A stretch of 64,000 nt of DNA, taken from assembly GCA_029288805.1 (NCBI GenBank), contig JARIGO010000008.1:3894-67893 (forward strand), written 5' to 3'. Shown here one piece after another: positions 8,733-17,203 of this stretch. Numbering within the stretch: position 1 is the first letter of the stretch; each line of letters begins with the position of its first letter. The position numbers and the translations under genes are program-made. Origin of the DNA: Candidatus Nomurabacteria bacterium (GTDB lineage Bacteria > Patescibacteriota > Minisyncoccia > Phycocordibacterales > UBA9973). Below the pieces are notes generated by a model. The model was not told the origin of the DNA and did no database searches. It worked only from the letters and a program-made list of their open reading frames with translations.

Positions 8733-9656
8733 ATGCCTGAACTACCGGAAGTACAAACTACCGTTGATGGTCTTAATAAGACCGTTAAGGGAAAAGTTAT
8801 CGTTGATGTCTGGACTGACTTGGCAGTAAAGGCTCCGTCACTACCCCATCATAAAACCAGCACAAAAAGCCAAGCGTTTTTTGCGAAATTTAAAAAGACC
8901 GTTGTTGGTGCAAAAATTCTCAAGGCAGAACGTCGTGCCAAGAATATTTTCATTCACCTGGATAATAAGCAGAGCATTTGGATTCATATGAAGATGACCG
9001 GACATATGATGTATGGCCGATACGCATTTGATGTCAAGACAAAACAATGGATTCCTGATAAAAATGAAAAGAATGATGCCTTGCGTGACCCTTTCAATAA
9101 ATTTCTTCACACGGTCTTTACTATCCAAGATGGAAAGAATAAAAAACAACTGGTACTTTCTGACATGCGAAAGTTTGCCAAGGTAACTATGCTCCCTACT
9201 GACAGTATTGATGAAACATTAAAGGTGGGGCCAGAGCCGTTAACAAAAGAGTTCACATTGGAACTGTGTACGAGCCAGCTCATGAAGCGACCGATGCGAG
9301 CTATCAAAGAAGTACTGCTCGATCAAAAAATTATTTCCGGTGTCGGTAACATTTATTCCGATGAAGCATTATGGCTGGCTGGCATTCATCCATTGCGATT
9401 AGTGCAGACTATTACCAAGCCAGAAATGAAAAAGCTGTACCAATCTATTATTACGGTATTGGAAAAAGGCATAGACTTTGGCGGTGACTCAACGTCTGAC
9501 TACAGAGACATCAATGGCGAGCGTGGAAAATTCCAAGCCCAGCACAATGCGTACCGCATGACGGGTAAACCGTGCAAGAAGAAGGACGGCGGCATCATTG
9601 AACGCATTCCATTTCATGGAAGAGGTGCGCATTTTTGTGGAGTGCATCAGAAGTAG
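8733..9656 (+). CDS. mutM: Formamidopyrimidine-DNA glycosylase
   Basis: N-terminal PELPEV, HMKMTG, DMRKFA, LLDQ...GVGNIYSDE (H2TH). Confidence 0.95.
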   Translation: MPELPEVQTTVDGLNKTVKGKVIVDVWTDLAVKAPSLPHHKTSTKSQAFFAKFKKTVVGAKILKAERRAKNIFIHLDNKQSIWIHMKMTGHMMYGRYAFDVKTKQWIPDKNEKNDALRDPFNKFLHTVFTIQDGKNKKQLVLSDMRKFAKVTMLPTDSIDETLKVGPEPLTKEFTLELCTSQLMKRPMRAIKEVLLDQKIISGVGNIYSDEALWLAGIHPLRLVQTITKPEMKKLYQSIITVLEKGIDFGGDSTSDYRDINGERGKFQAQHNAYRMTGKPCKKKDGGIIERIPFHGRGAHFCGVHQK

Positions 9657-9729
9657 TGCCCCAAGCAGGATTCGAACCTGCGACCGTCTCCTTAAAAGGG
9701 AGCTGCTCTACCGACTGAGCTATTAGGGC
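9657..9729 (-). tRNA. tRNA-Lys(TTT)
   Basis: GCCCTAATAGCTCAGTCGGTAGAGC...CTTTTAA loop...GGTTCGAATCC; abuts the mutM stop; CCA not encoded. Confidence 0.95.
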
Positions 9730-9778
9730 ATATAGGTATTCTTGCAAATTGCGTCAAAAACTATACCATGCAGCATAC

Positions 9779-10264
9779 ATGAAATCAATCCAGATTCCAA
9801 ACACTATTCTTATTTTGCCCGACATCAGAAGCGCCCAAAACGTCGGTTCCCTTTTTCGTACAGGAGACGCCTGCGGAGTGGAAATGATTTACATTGTCGG
9901 CATTACTCCTGCACCACTCGATCAATTTGGTCGCGCCAATAAAGATATCGCCAAGACCGCGCTTGGTGCAGAACAATCTATCCCCTGGAAAAAAGTTGCC
10001 TCCCTTTCTGTTCTTATTGCTACACTAAAGAAGAACGGCATTCAGATCATTGCCATTGAACAGTCTGAACATTCTATTGATTACAAAAAAGTAAAGGTGC
10101 AAAAACCTGTAGCATTCATTCTTGGTAACGAAGTTGAAGGTCTGCCGAAAACCATATTACAAAAAGTAGATATCGTAGCTGAAATTCCCATGAATGGTAT
10201 GAAGGAGTCACTGAATGTTTCAGTTGCTGGTGGCATTGCACTCTTTCGAATGCTGGCAATATAA
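9779..10264 (+). CDS. TrmH/SpoU-family RNA 2'-O-methyltransferase
   Basis: NVGSLFRT, LGNEVEGL, IPMNGMKESLNVSVA SPOUT motifs. Confidence 0.92.
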   Translation: MKSIQIPNTILILPDIRSAQNVGSLFRTGDACGVEMIYIVGITPAPLDQFGRANKDIAKTALGAEQSIPWKKVASLSVLIATLKKNGIQIIAIEQSEHSIDYKKVKVQKPVAFILGNEVEGLPKTILQKVDIVAEIPMNGMKESLNVSVAGGIALFRMLAI

Positions 10265-10284
10265 AAACCCTCATATGAGGGTTT
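10265..10284. terminator. Hairpin between convergent genes
   Basis: aaaccctcat-atgagggttt. Confidence 0.55.
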
Positions 10285-10296
10285 GTTGTAGTGATT

Positions 10297-10851
10297 TTAT
10301 GGACAATCACAAACCGGGGTTTCGCAACAGTCTTCCTGTTTTGGGCGATTATACCGTGGATGAGTATCATACCCGACATACGTTACATTTTTATCATACG
10401 AGTAATACTTACTGGTATGCCTGATGCGCCGATGGTGCACAACCAGGTGTTTACGTTTTTCGTTAACCGTATCCTTTTTACCGCTCCCGGCATTGCATCT
10501 TTGCAAACTATCAGTCAACCTCGAAATGGTTTCGAGATAAGCGGCCGTGTCTCTGATAAGAGAATTGATTACAGCCTCCTGCTTAGATGGATCTGCTACA
10601 GGGTTTGAAACATGATTAACAGTAGGGTGGTAGTGTTTGTCGCGGGAAACCACATGCGTTTGAAGTGGAATCGGCTTTAAAGCAGAATTCTTATTTTTGG
10701 TAGTATCTTTTTCTTGAAGATACCAACTGGGAGGAATGTGATTATAGGCAATAATCATGAGTACGATGACTGCTGCCGGTATTACAGTGCGCGCTACCCA
10801 CCAAAGGAATGAGCGGTCTGAATAAAAATCCTTTTTGAATACCTTTGTCAT
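10297..10851 (-). CDS. Orphan single-TM protein with His-rich and Cys-rich C-terminus
   Basis: One TM near N-terminus; ends EDCCETPVCDCP; own TTGACT promoter upstream. Confidence 0.65.
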   Translation of the reverse strand: MTKVFKKDFYSDRSFLWWVARTVIPAAVIVLMIIAYNHIPPSWYLQEKDTTKNKNSALKPIPLQTHVVSRDKHYHPTVNHVSNPVADPSKQEAVINSLIRDTAAYLETISRLTDSLQRCNAGSGKKDTVNEKRKHLVVHHRRIRHTSKYYSYDKNVTYVGYDTHPRYNRPKQEDCCETPVCDCP

Positions 10852-10937
10852 TTATTCTATTTTTAAAAAGTAAAACAATTTTGTTATCTATACACAAATT
10901 ATCATAAAAATTAAAAAAGTCAATAGTTTCCTCCTGA

Positions 10938-11636
10938 CTAGATTCCTGCCAATTTTACAGCTACAAATATCACCCCGGCACCGATAACGGTAGCGACGGT
11001 AGTCCACCACGTTGGATGCCCATGGTAACTTTCAGGCAATAAGTCACTAAGTCCAATGTATACAAAGAACCCTGCCAAGATGGCGAGAATAATGGCAATG
11101 ATAGATTCCGGAATAATGAATAGACGAGTTGTCAGTGCCCCTACAACTGGAGCGAGTGCGTCTGCTACAAGCCACCACCACGCGCTCCTTGTTCTACCCT
11201 CATTTCTAAAGACTAGATTTACGGTATTAATACCGTCAGAAAAGTCATGAGCAATAACTGCCGCTGCAACGATTGGTAGTACCATTGGGATTAGTGATGC
11301 CAAGCCAATGGCTATGCCGTCAAACAAACTGTGTATGACCAAACTTACCGCCCCAAGACTACCTTGATCCTGATGGGAATGAGTATGAAGAATACGATCA
11401 ATGATCAGGTAAGCAAAAATGCCTACTGCCACCCACGCGAACATGGTACTGATGGAATATAGCTTTGAGCCTACACCGATGCTTTCCGGCAGAAGATCAA
11501 AAAAGGCCGCACCGATCAAAGCTCCCGCACTGAAGCCGAGAATGAGATGAAGCTTGTCCTTAAAACGAATGGCAAAAAGCCCTCCCAAGAAGGTCGCTAT
11601 GCATGCACCGAAACTAATGAGTATTACTGTAATCAT
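10938..11636 (-). CDS. ZIP-family metal (Zn) transporter
   Basis: GFSAG...LLPE, HTHSH loop, HSLFDGIAIG, AHDFSDG, DLLPESYH; start MITVIL. Confidence 0.92.
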   Translation of the reverse strand: MITVILISFGACIATFLGGLFAIRFKDKLHLILGFSAGALIGAAFFDLLPESIGVGSKLYSISTMFAWVAVGIFAYLIIDRILHTHSHQDQGSLGAVSLVIHSLFDGIAIGLASLIPMVLPIVAAAVIAHDFSDGINTVNLVFRNEGRTRSAWWWLVADALAPVVGALTTRLFIIPESIIAIILAILAGFFVYIGLSDLLPESYHGHPTWWTTVATVIGAGVIFVAVKLAGI

Positions 11637-11639
11637 AAT

Positions 11640-11654
11640 TGCAAATGATTTGCA
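11640..11654. promoter_or_regulatory. Fur/Zur-type operator (7-1-7 inverted repeat)
   Basis: TGCAAAT-G-ATTTGCA in the 36-bp gap between divergent ZIP and Fur-family genes. Confidence 0.75.
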
Positions 11655-11672
11655 TTTGTATATACTACAGTT

Positions 11673-12113
11673 ATGAAGAAACAATTGCAACCTATAGACG
11701 CAGAAGCAGTGCTTCAGGAATACGGATTCAAGAAAACCCCATTGAGAATACTGCTCTTGGAAGTGCTTTCACTTTCCCCTACTCCTCTGCCGGTAGCCAA
11801 GCTGGCGCGTAAGACAAAAAAGGTTGGCGCGGACACAGCAACGCTATACCGAGCCCTTCATGCATTTGTTGAAGCGGGGTTGGTTATAGAACTGATGGTA
11901 GACAAAACGAAGAGCTTGTACGAGCTTAGCCAGTCAAAGGGCCACATGCATCACATTGTCTGCGACACCTGCAGTACTGTTGAGTCCATTCCATTTTGCA
12001 TTAAAAGCATTGATAAGCAGGTTGTAGAATATTCGAAACAGTTCAAGAAGATTCACAGCCATCAGCTGGCATTTGTTGGGACTTGCAGAAAATGCCTTCG
12101 CGCGGTACGGTAA
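11673..12113 (+). CDS. Fur-family regulator (probably Zur)
   Basis: KKTPLR, ATLYRAL, HMHHIVCDTC, CRKC. Confidence 0.92.
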   Translation: MKKQLQPIDAEAVLQEYGFKKTPLRILLLEVLSLSPTPLPVAKLARKTKKVGADTATLYRALHAFVEAGLVIELMVDKTKSLYELSQSKGHMHHIVCDTCSTVESIPFCIKSIDKQVVEYSKQFKKIHSHQLAFVGTCRKCLRAVR

Positions 12114-12120
12114 TATACAT

Positions 12121-12504
12121 ATGAAGAAAAAAAATACATGGATTTGGATTATTGTTACGATTGTCATTATCGGAGGGCTGGTTGGATTTTTAGTACTGGA
12201 AGCAAAGAAACCTGGTAAGTACGATTCATTCGCAGAATGTATTACCAACAGCGGTGCTAAGTTTTATGGTGCATGGTGGTGTCCTCACTGCGCTGCCCAG
12301 AAGGCACTCTTTGGTAAGTCTGTAGAAAAGCTTCCATATGTGGAATGTCAGACTCCTGACCAAAAGCAAAATGCAACATGTGACGCCATCGGCATTACCG
12401 GATATCCAACATGGATTTTCAAAGACGGCTCACGCCTCACCGGAGAACAAACCTTTGCCACTCTCGGAGCAAAGACCAATTGTCCAGTTCCTGCTAACAG
12501 CTAA
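12121..12504 (+). CDS. Membrane-anchored thioredoxin-fold oxidoreductase (VKOR-associated Trx type)
   Basis: N-terminal TM, FYGAWWCPHC, YVEC, ITGYPTW. Confidence 0.88.
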   Translation: MKKKNTWIWIIVTIVIIGGLVGFLVLEAKKPGKYDSFAECITNSGAKFYGAWWCPHCAAQKALFGKSVEKLPYVECQTPDQKQNATCDAIGITGYPTWIFKDGSRLTGEQTFATLGAKTNCPVPANS

Positions 12505-12516
12505 TTACCTAACCAT

Positions 12517-13050
12517 ATGTTTGTTACCGTATTTAATACTCTTCTTGCCATCGGCAGTCTCGCTCTCTTATTCGGATTGATCCTCATGATTGTGTCATGG
12601 ATCACTGGTAATCCTATTGCGGCGTGGGTTGCTCGCAACAGCCACATCATCCTTCGCATTATTTTTGGCGGCGCAGTTATTGGTAGCCTGATCTATTCAA
12701 ACTACCTCGGATATGAGCCGTGTTTGCTTTGCTGGTACCAGCGTCTCGCTATCTTCCCAATCGCCATCTTGTTATTTACTGACGATATCCGCAAAAGCTC
12801 ATTGCTGCAGCTGCAAATCCTTATCCTGAGCGCAGGAGGCTTCATTGTTTCTCTTATTCACAACGTTGAGACCATCTTTCCAAATAGCGGTATCAATGTT
12901 TGCGGTACAAGCGGCGTAAGCTGCCTGAACCTCTATGTGAACCAGTTTGGCTTCGTCACTATCCCCCTCATGTCAGGTATTATCCTGCTTTCAGGCATCT
13001 TAATCTCAGTGCTCGCAATGCGTTATCCACAAGGCTCAATTGCGAAATAG
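12517..13050 (+). CDS. dsbB: Disulfide bond formation protein B (DsbB/BdbC)
   Basis: PCLLCWYQR, second Cys pair C...SC, FGFVTIPLMS. Confidence 0.9.
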   Translation: MFVTVFNTLLAIGSLALLFGLILMIVSWITGNPIAAWVARNSHIILRIIFGGAVIGSLIYSNYLGYEPCLLCWYQRLAIFPIAILLFTDDIRKSSLLQLQILILSAGGFIVSLIHNVETIFPNSGINVCGTSGVSCLNLYVNQFGFVTIPLMSGIILLSGILISVLAMRYPQGSIAK

Positions 13051-13074
13051 GTTGTTTGTTACTACACTGTATAG

Positions 13075-13257
13075 TAATTGTACCTTCTGATAAGCTAACT
13101 TTTTTCATCAGGGAGTTACGCAGCTCAACACTACTTAAAGGCAAGACCTTTAATGCACATTAATGAATGCTCATTACACAAACAAAACCCAACAATCTCA
13201 TAAAAAATAAATCTATATAAAAAGGCCCGACTCTCCAAGTCAGGGTCTTATTTTTTT
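13075..13257 (+). ncRNA. Candidate small RNA (promoter, three hairpins, terminator)
   Basis: TTGCGA(13040)-N17-TACACT(13063); hairpins at 13083-13115, 13135-13153, 13161-13176; terminator 13222-13257; no convincing ORF. Confidence 0.35.
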
Positions 13258-13885
13258 AATATAACAACAATACTTTTTCTATAGCCAAAGCCAATGGTGT
13301 TCCCTCCCTCCAAGCAGAAGCATGCGCCTCAAGCATTTTTGTATACAACGTATGATACTGCCCATTAATATCTTTTTCTTTTAATGCCATATCGCGCACC
13401 TTCCAATAGAACATGCCGAGAATAGCTTCGATAGGATATTGTTCGATAGCTTTGTTGTATGCCAGCCAACGATCTTTTTTATTTTGTACTGTAATGAGTG
13501 AGGTTACGCCAAATAGATTTCCCTTATCTGCCGCCGGCTTCTTTTGAACATCATCAAGATGAACTTCTACCCCCTGTTTTTTTAATGACGTAATAAAAGG
13601 TTTGGAAAGTGACAGTTCTTCGAAAATAAATATAGTCGGACTAGCCATTAGCTTTCTCATCAGCACAGGCGAAAGATCTTTTTCCTTGTTATCAAGTATG
13701 AAGCGAGTGTGCACAATCGGAGCGTTCAATGTGAACAGAGATGGATAGAGATACTGCTCAAGATCAGCCACAGTACTCAATGTGTCATCAAGCATGATGA
13801 CTTCACTGTCTCCATATGTTCGAATCATTTCGGCAATGCGAGCAGCGCGAAACGGTTTGGTGTCAGCAACAACAATAGTAAGCAT
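13256..13885 (-). CDS. Hypothetical protein, possibly a divergent DNA polymerase III delta (HolA-like)
   Basis: YPSLF, NLFGVTS...KDRW, ILGMFYW, LALAIEKVLL resemble short HolA-like proteins; follows polA cluster. Confidence 0.55.
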   Translation of the reverse strand: MLTIVVADTKPFRAARIAEMIRTYGDSEVIMLDDTLSTVADLEQYLYPSLFTLNAPIVHTRFILDNKEKDLSPVLMRKLMASPTIFIFEELSLSKPFITSLKKQGVEVHLDDVQKKPAADKGNLFGVTSLITVQNKKDRWLAYNKAIEQYPIEAILGMFYWKVRDMALKEKDINGQYHTLYTKMLEAHASAWREGTPLALAIEKVLLLY

Positions 13886-14337
13886 TATAAAATCTTCGGT
13901 ACTTCTTCCTTATAATCCGTGTACTCAACTCCGTATTCGCGGTGAAGTAATGACTCGTATATTTTGAAAAATGAATTTGAGACAATGTATCCTATCAAGG
14001 TCACTGCAAGAAATACGATGGAGCCACTGACAGCCGTATAACCAGCAACAAGCAGCATGATACCGATGTGTGTTGGGTTACGCATGTATCTGTATGGGCC
14101 TCGCTCAAAATACGGCTTTTCATTTTTCTTGGCAGAAGTACCCTGTGCCCACCAAATAAGCAGTGAACCGAGAATGAAACAGACGATAGCAATAGTGTCG
14201 CCGTAGCGCAAAGGAACATTAAATCCAAAAAATGTGTCAGCAAAAAGTCCAAGCAGGCTAAAGACAAAATATGCCAAATATGAATGCGCCAACACCATAT
14301 GAATGGTAGGTCGCTGTTTCTTTGCTGTTGGTTCCAT
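13885..14337 (-). CDS. Isoprenylcysteine carboxylmethyltransferase/PEMT-like membrane protein
   Basis: GPYRYMRNPTHIG, E-x-x-L-x-x-x-YG-x-EY-x-x-Y-x-x-x-VP. Confidence 0.8.
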   Translation of the reverse strand: MEPTAKKQRPTIHMVLAHSYLAYFVFSLLGLFADTFFGFNVPLRYGDTIAIVCFILGSLLIWWAQGTSAKKNEKPYFERGPYRYMRNPTHIGIMLLVAGYTAVSGSIVFLAVTLIGYIVSNSFFKIYESLLHREYGVEYTDYKEEVPKIL

Positions 14338-14354
14338 AGTCTTATTATAGGGTC

Positions 14355-16709
14355 TTACTTCAGATCATCAAGTCGCTTCCCTGTTCCAACGGAAACAGCA
14401 AGTGGTACAAGGGTTTCAGTGGTTTTTATCGGTGAGCGTTCAAAGACACTATTCATGGCTTCAACGATAATTTTCTCAGCTTCAGCTTTCACTGTCTCAT
14501 CAACTTCATACACCAGTTCGTCATGGATCTGAAGCACTAAGTGAACTTTTTCAATAAGACCTGCAGTCTTTAGGTCTTCATCAATAAGCTTAATGGCAAT
14601 CTTTACGATATCGGCATTAGTGCCCTGAATCGGCGCATTGGTTGCCATGCGTTCAGCAATGGCACGTAGAAATGGCGCACTAGCATTAATACCTGGGAAG
14701 TATCGTCGTCGACCGAACATGGTTTCTGTATAGCCGTTTTTCTTGGCATACTCCTTTGTTGATTCAAGGTATTCACGAATTTTTGGAAAGGCATCGAAGT
14801 ACGCATTATAAAATGACTGTGCTTCGGCGCGGGTAGTATTAAGATTTTTTTGCAACGCCGTAATGCCCATGCCGTACAAAATACCAAAGTTAATAACCTT
14901 TGCCTTGCGGCGCATGTCATTGGTCACCTCTTCAAACGGTACGTTGAACATGTTTGCGGCAACGGACATGTGAATGTCTTGTCCGGTACGAAACGTTTCA
15001 ATGAGCTGCTCATCGCCTGAGAGCATTGCCAAGACTCGAAGCTCGATCTGTGAGTAGTCACTACCGATATAAATATTTCCTGGACCGGCAACAAAGCCGT
15101 GGCGAATTTCTTTTCCAGAGTTTCCTTTGATAGGAATGTTTTGCAGGTTTGGGTTAGCTGAAGAAAATCGTCCGGTAGTAGTGCCATGCTGTAGGAATGT
15201 AGCGTGGACACGACCATCCTCCTTCACGTGCCCGAGCAATGCTTCAACGTACGTTGTAAGAAGTTTTTGTATTTCTCGATATTCCAAAATAAGTGGAATG
15301 ATAGGATGCGCATCGCGAAGCTCTTCAAGCTGTTCAGCATTTGTAGTGTACGCGCCACTGGCCTTCTGCTTCCCTTTTGGAGACAGTCCAAGGGTCGTAA
15401 ACAACAGTTCTGAAAGCTGCTTTGGTGAATTCAAATTGATAGTGATGCCAGTACTTTTTGCAATTTCTTTTTCTATAGTTTCAAGCTGCTCTTTCATGCG
15501 AACCTGCAGACTTCTGAAATAGTCCTGGTCGATCATAATACCGTAGCGTTCCATTTCTTCTACAATAGGAATAAGTGGCTCCTCTATTTCATCAAAAATA
15601 TGACTGAGTGAGCGTCGCTTCAATTCTTCCGTAATGGTTTCAAATGCTTCTGCCAGCGTTTTCTTGTGCGTACGCTCTAGGATATGCTCATACGTTGGAT
15701 TGGTTTGTTCAGAAGACAACACCCATAGGCCAATAGAAGCCTTGCGTAATAGCTCTGGATCAACATCTTCTTGTGGCGCACTGGTTTCAAAATGAAATAC
15801 TCGCTTGGCTCTAGCTTTCAAACTTGAGAATTCATACTTGGCAATAAGGTCAAGTATGGCTTGCTCATCAATGCTTTCGGCAAATGTTTTTTCTGGCAAT
15901 TCGTATTCAATAGGCGCATCAAGACGAATGGTTGCCAACGTCTTTGAAAAGAAAGCATCGTCTTTGTGTTCTGTGAGGATACTTACAATGCGATCAGTCA
16001 GGCCAGCCTTCTTTCCTTCTGCAGGATTCTTTTCCAATGCCTTGTAGAGTTTTTCGATTGAACCAAATGTCTGAATGATTGTTGTTGCAGTTTTTTCACC
16101 GATCCCTGGAACACCGATAATATTGTCCGACGGATCGCCCCGCAAACCCTTGTAGTCGATAAGCTGAAGCGGCTCAAAGCCATAGCGCTCCTTCACCGCT
16201 GCTTCATCGTACAGAACTGTATCCGTAATACCTTTTTTAAGAGTGAAGACTTGCACCTTCTTGCCATCAACAAGCTGCAGCGTATCCATATCGCCTGAGG
16301 CAATAATAATAGAAAGGTCCTTGTGAACCTTAAGCTTTGCCACCAATGTTCCCAAGACATCATCAGCCTCAAATCCTTCCGCATCCAAGACAGGGATGCC
16401 CAGCGCCTGAAATACTTCTCGTGAACTCTTGAGCTGTGTCACCAGATCATCTTCAGCCTTCACTCTTCCCGCCTTGTAGTTCTCATATGCATGATGGCGG
16501 AATGTTGGCTTTGGCAAGTCATACGCCGCAACGATGTAGTCCGGTTTCAATTCTTCAATAATGCGAATGATCATTGAAAGCAGTCCGTACAGCGCGCCCG
16601 TCGGAACACCTTCGCTGTTCGCAAAGCTTGGCAACGCATGATACGCGCGATGAATGATAGCGTGCGAGTCCAAGAGTACTATTGTTTTTTGGTCTGATTT
16701 TTTAGCCAT
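14355..16709 (-). CDS. polA: DNA polymerase I (5'-3' exonuclease + polymerase, proofreading domain largely absent)
   Basis: LLDSHAIIHRAYHA, EADD, GDPSDNI; TTTGRFSSANPNLQNIP, DYSQIELR, KVINFGILYG, QIHDEL. Confidence 0.96.
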   Translation of the reverse strand: MAKKSDQKTIVLLDSHAIIHRAYHALPSFANSEGVPTGALYGLLSMIIRIIEELKPDYIVAAYDLPKPTFRHHAYENYKAGRVKAEDDLVTQLKSSREVFQALGIPVLDAEGFEADDVLGTLVAKLKVHKDLSIIIASGDMDTLQLVDGKKVQVFTLKKGITDTVLYDEAAVKERYGFEPLQLIDYKGLRGDPSDNIIGVPGIGEKTATTIIQTFGSIEKLYKALEKNPAEGKKAGLTDRIVSILTEHKDDAFFSKTLATIRLDAPIEYELPEKTFAESIDEQAILDLIAKYEFSSLKARAKRVFHFETSAPQEDVDPELLRKASIGLWVLSSEQTNPTYEHILERTHKKTLAEAFETITEELKRRSLSHIFDEIEEPLIPIVEEMERYGIMIDQDYFRSLQVRMKEQLETIEKEIAKSTGITINLNSPKQLSELLFTTLGLSPKGKQKASGAYTTNAEQLEELRDAHPIIPLILEYREIQKLLTTYVEALLGHVKEDGRVHATFLQHGTTTGRFSSANPNLQNIPIKGNSGKEIRHGFVAGPGNIYIGSDYSQIELRVLAMLSGDEQLIETFRTGQDIHMSVAANMFNVPFEEVTNDMRRKAKVINFGILYGMGITALQKNLNTTRAEAQSFYNAYFDAFPKIREYLESTKEYAKKNGYTETMFGRRRYFPGINASAPFLRAIAERMATNAPIQGTNADIVKIAIKLIDEDLKTAGLIEKVHLVLQIHDELVYEVDETVKAEAEKIIVEAMNSVFERSPIKTTETLVPLAVSVGTGKRLDDLK

Positions 16710-17136
16710 GATTTTTCTTAATAGTTCTTCTATCCCCTTCATGAGTGATGACAAACTCCTTCGTATCATGAGGCAAGGCCTCGCGAATGCGTTCTGGCCA
16801 TTCCACTATGACTAGTGTATTAGACTGCTGCAGTATGTCATTCCATCCCAACGGACCAAGCTCGTCGATTGATTCAATACGGTATGCATCAATATGAACA
16901 ACATTTTTAAAAATCTGGTGCGTTGTTTCGTAGAATTTTGCGATGACAAATGTCGGACTGACAATGGTCTCTGTGATACCGAGCTCTTGGGCGAGGGATT
17001 TGGTGAGGGTTGTCTTGCCGGCGCCCAAATCGCCCTGCAGGGCCAATACAGTGGCCCCTGTTGGTGAAAGACCGAGAATTGATAGGATTTCCTTGGCAAC
17101 CTGGTCTGTTTCGCTTTCGGCATAGGTTCGTTCCAT
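16702..17136 (-). CDS. tsaE: t6A biosynthesis ATPase TsaE
   Basis: GDLGAGKTT, SPTF, HIDAYRI, VEWPE. Confidence 0.95.
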   Translation of the reverse strand: MERTYAESETDQVAKEILSILGLSPTGATVLALQGDLGAGKTTLTKSLAQELGITETIVSPTFVIAKFYETTHQIFKNVVHIDAYRIESIDELGPLGWNDILQQSNTLVIVEWPERIREALPHDTKEFVITHEGDRRTIKKNHG

Positions 17137-17150
17137 ATAGGGATTCTAAC

Positions 17151-17185
17151 ATAAAAGCCGGGACGTCAGACGTCCCGGCTTTTAT
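17151..17185. terminator. Intrinsic terminator
   Basis: ataaaagccgggacgt...acgtcccggcttttat. Confidence 0.75.
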
Positions 17186-17203
17186 TTCGTTATTTTATCC
17201 TAA

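Noticed and set aside
14355-16709. Short PolA lacking most of the proofreading domain
   Set aside because: Common in many bacteria; frame intact, not a pseudogene
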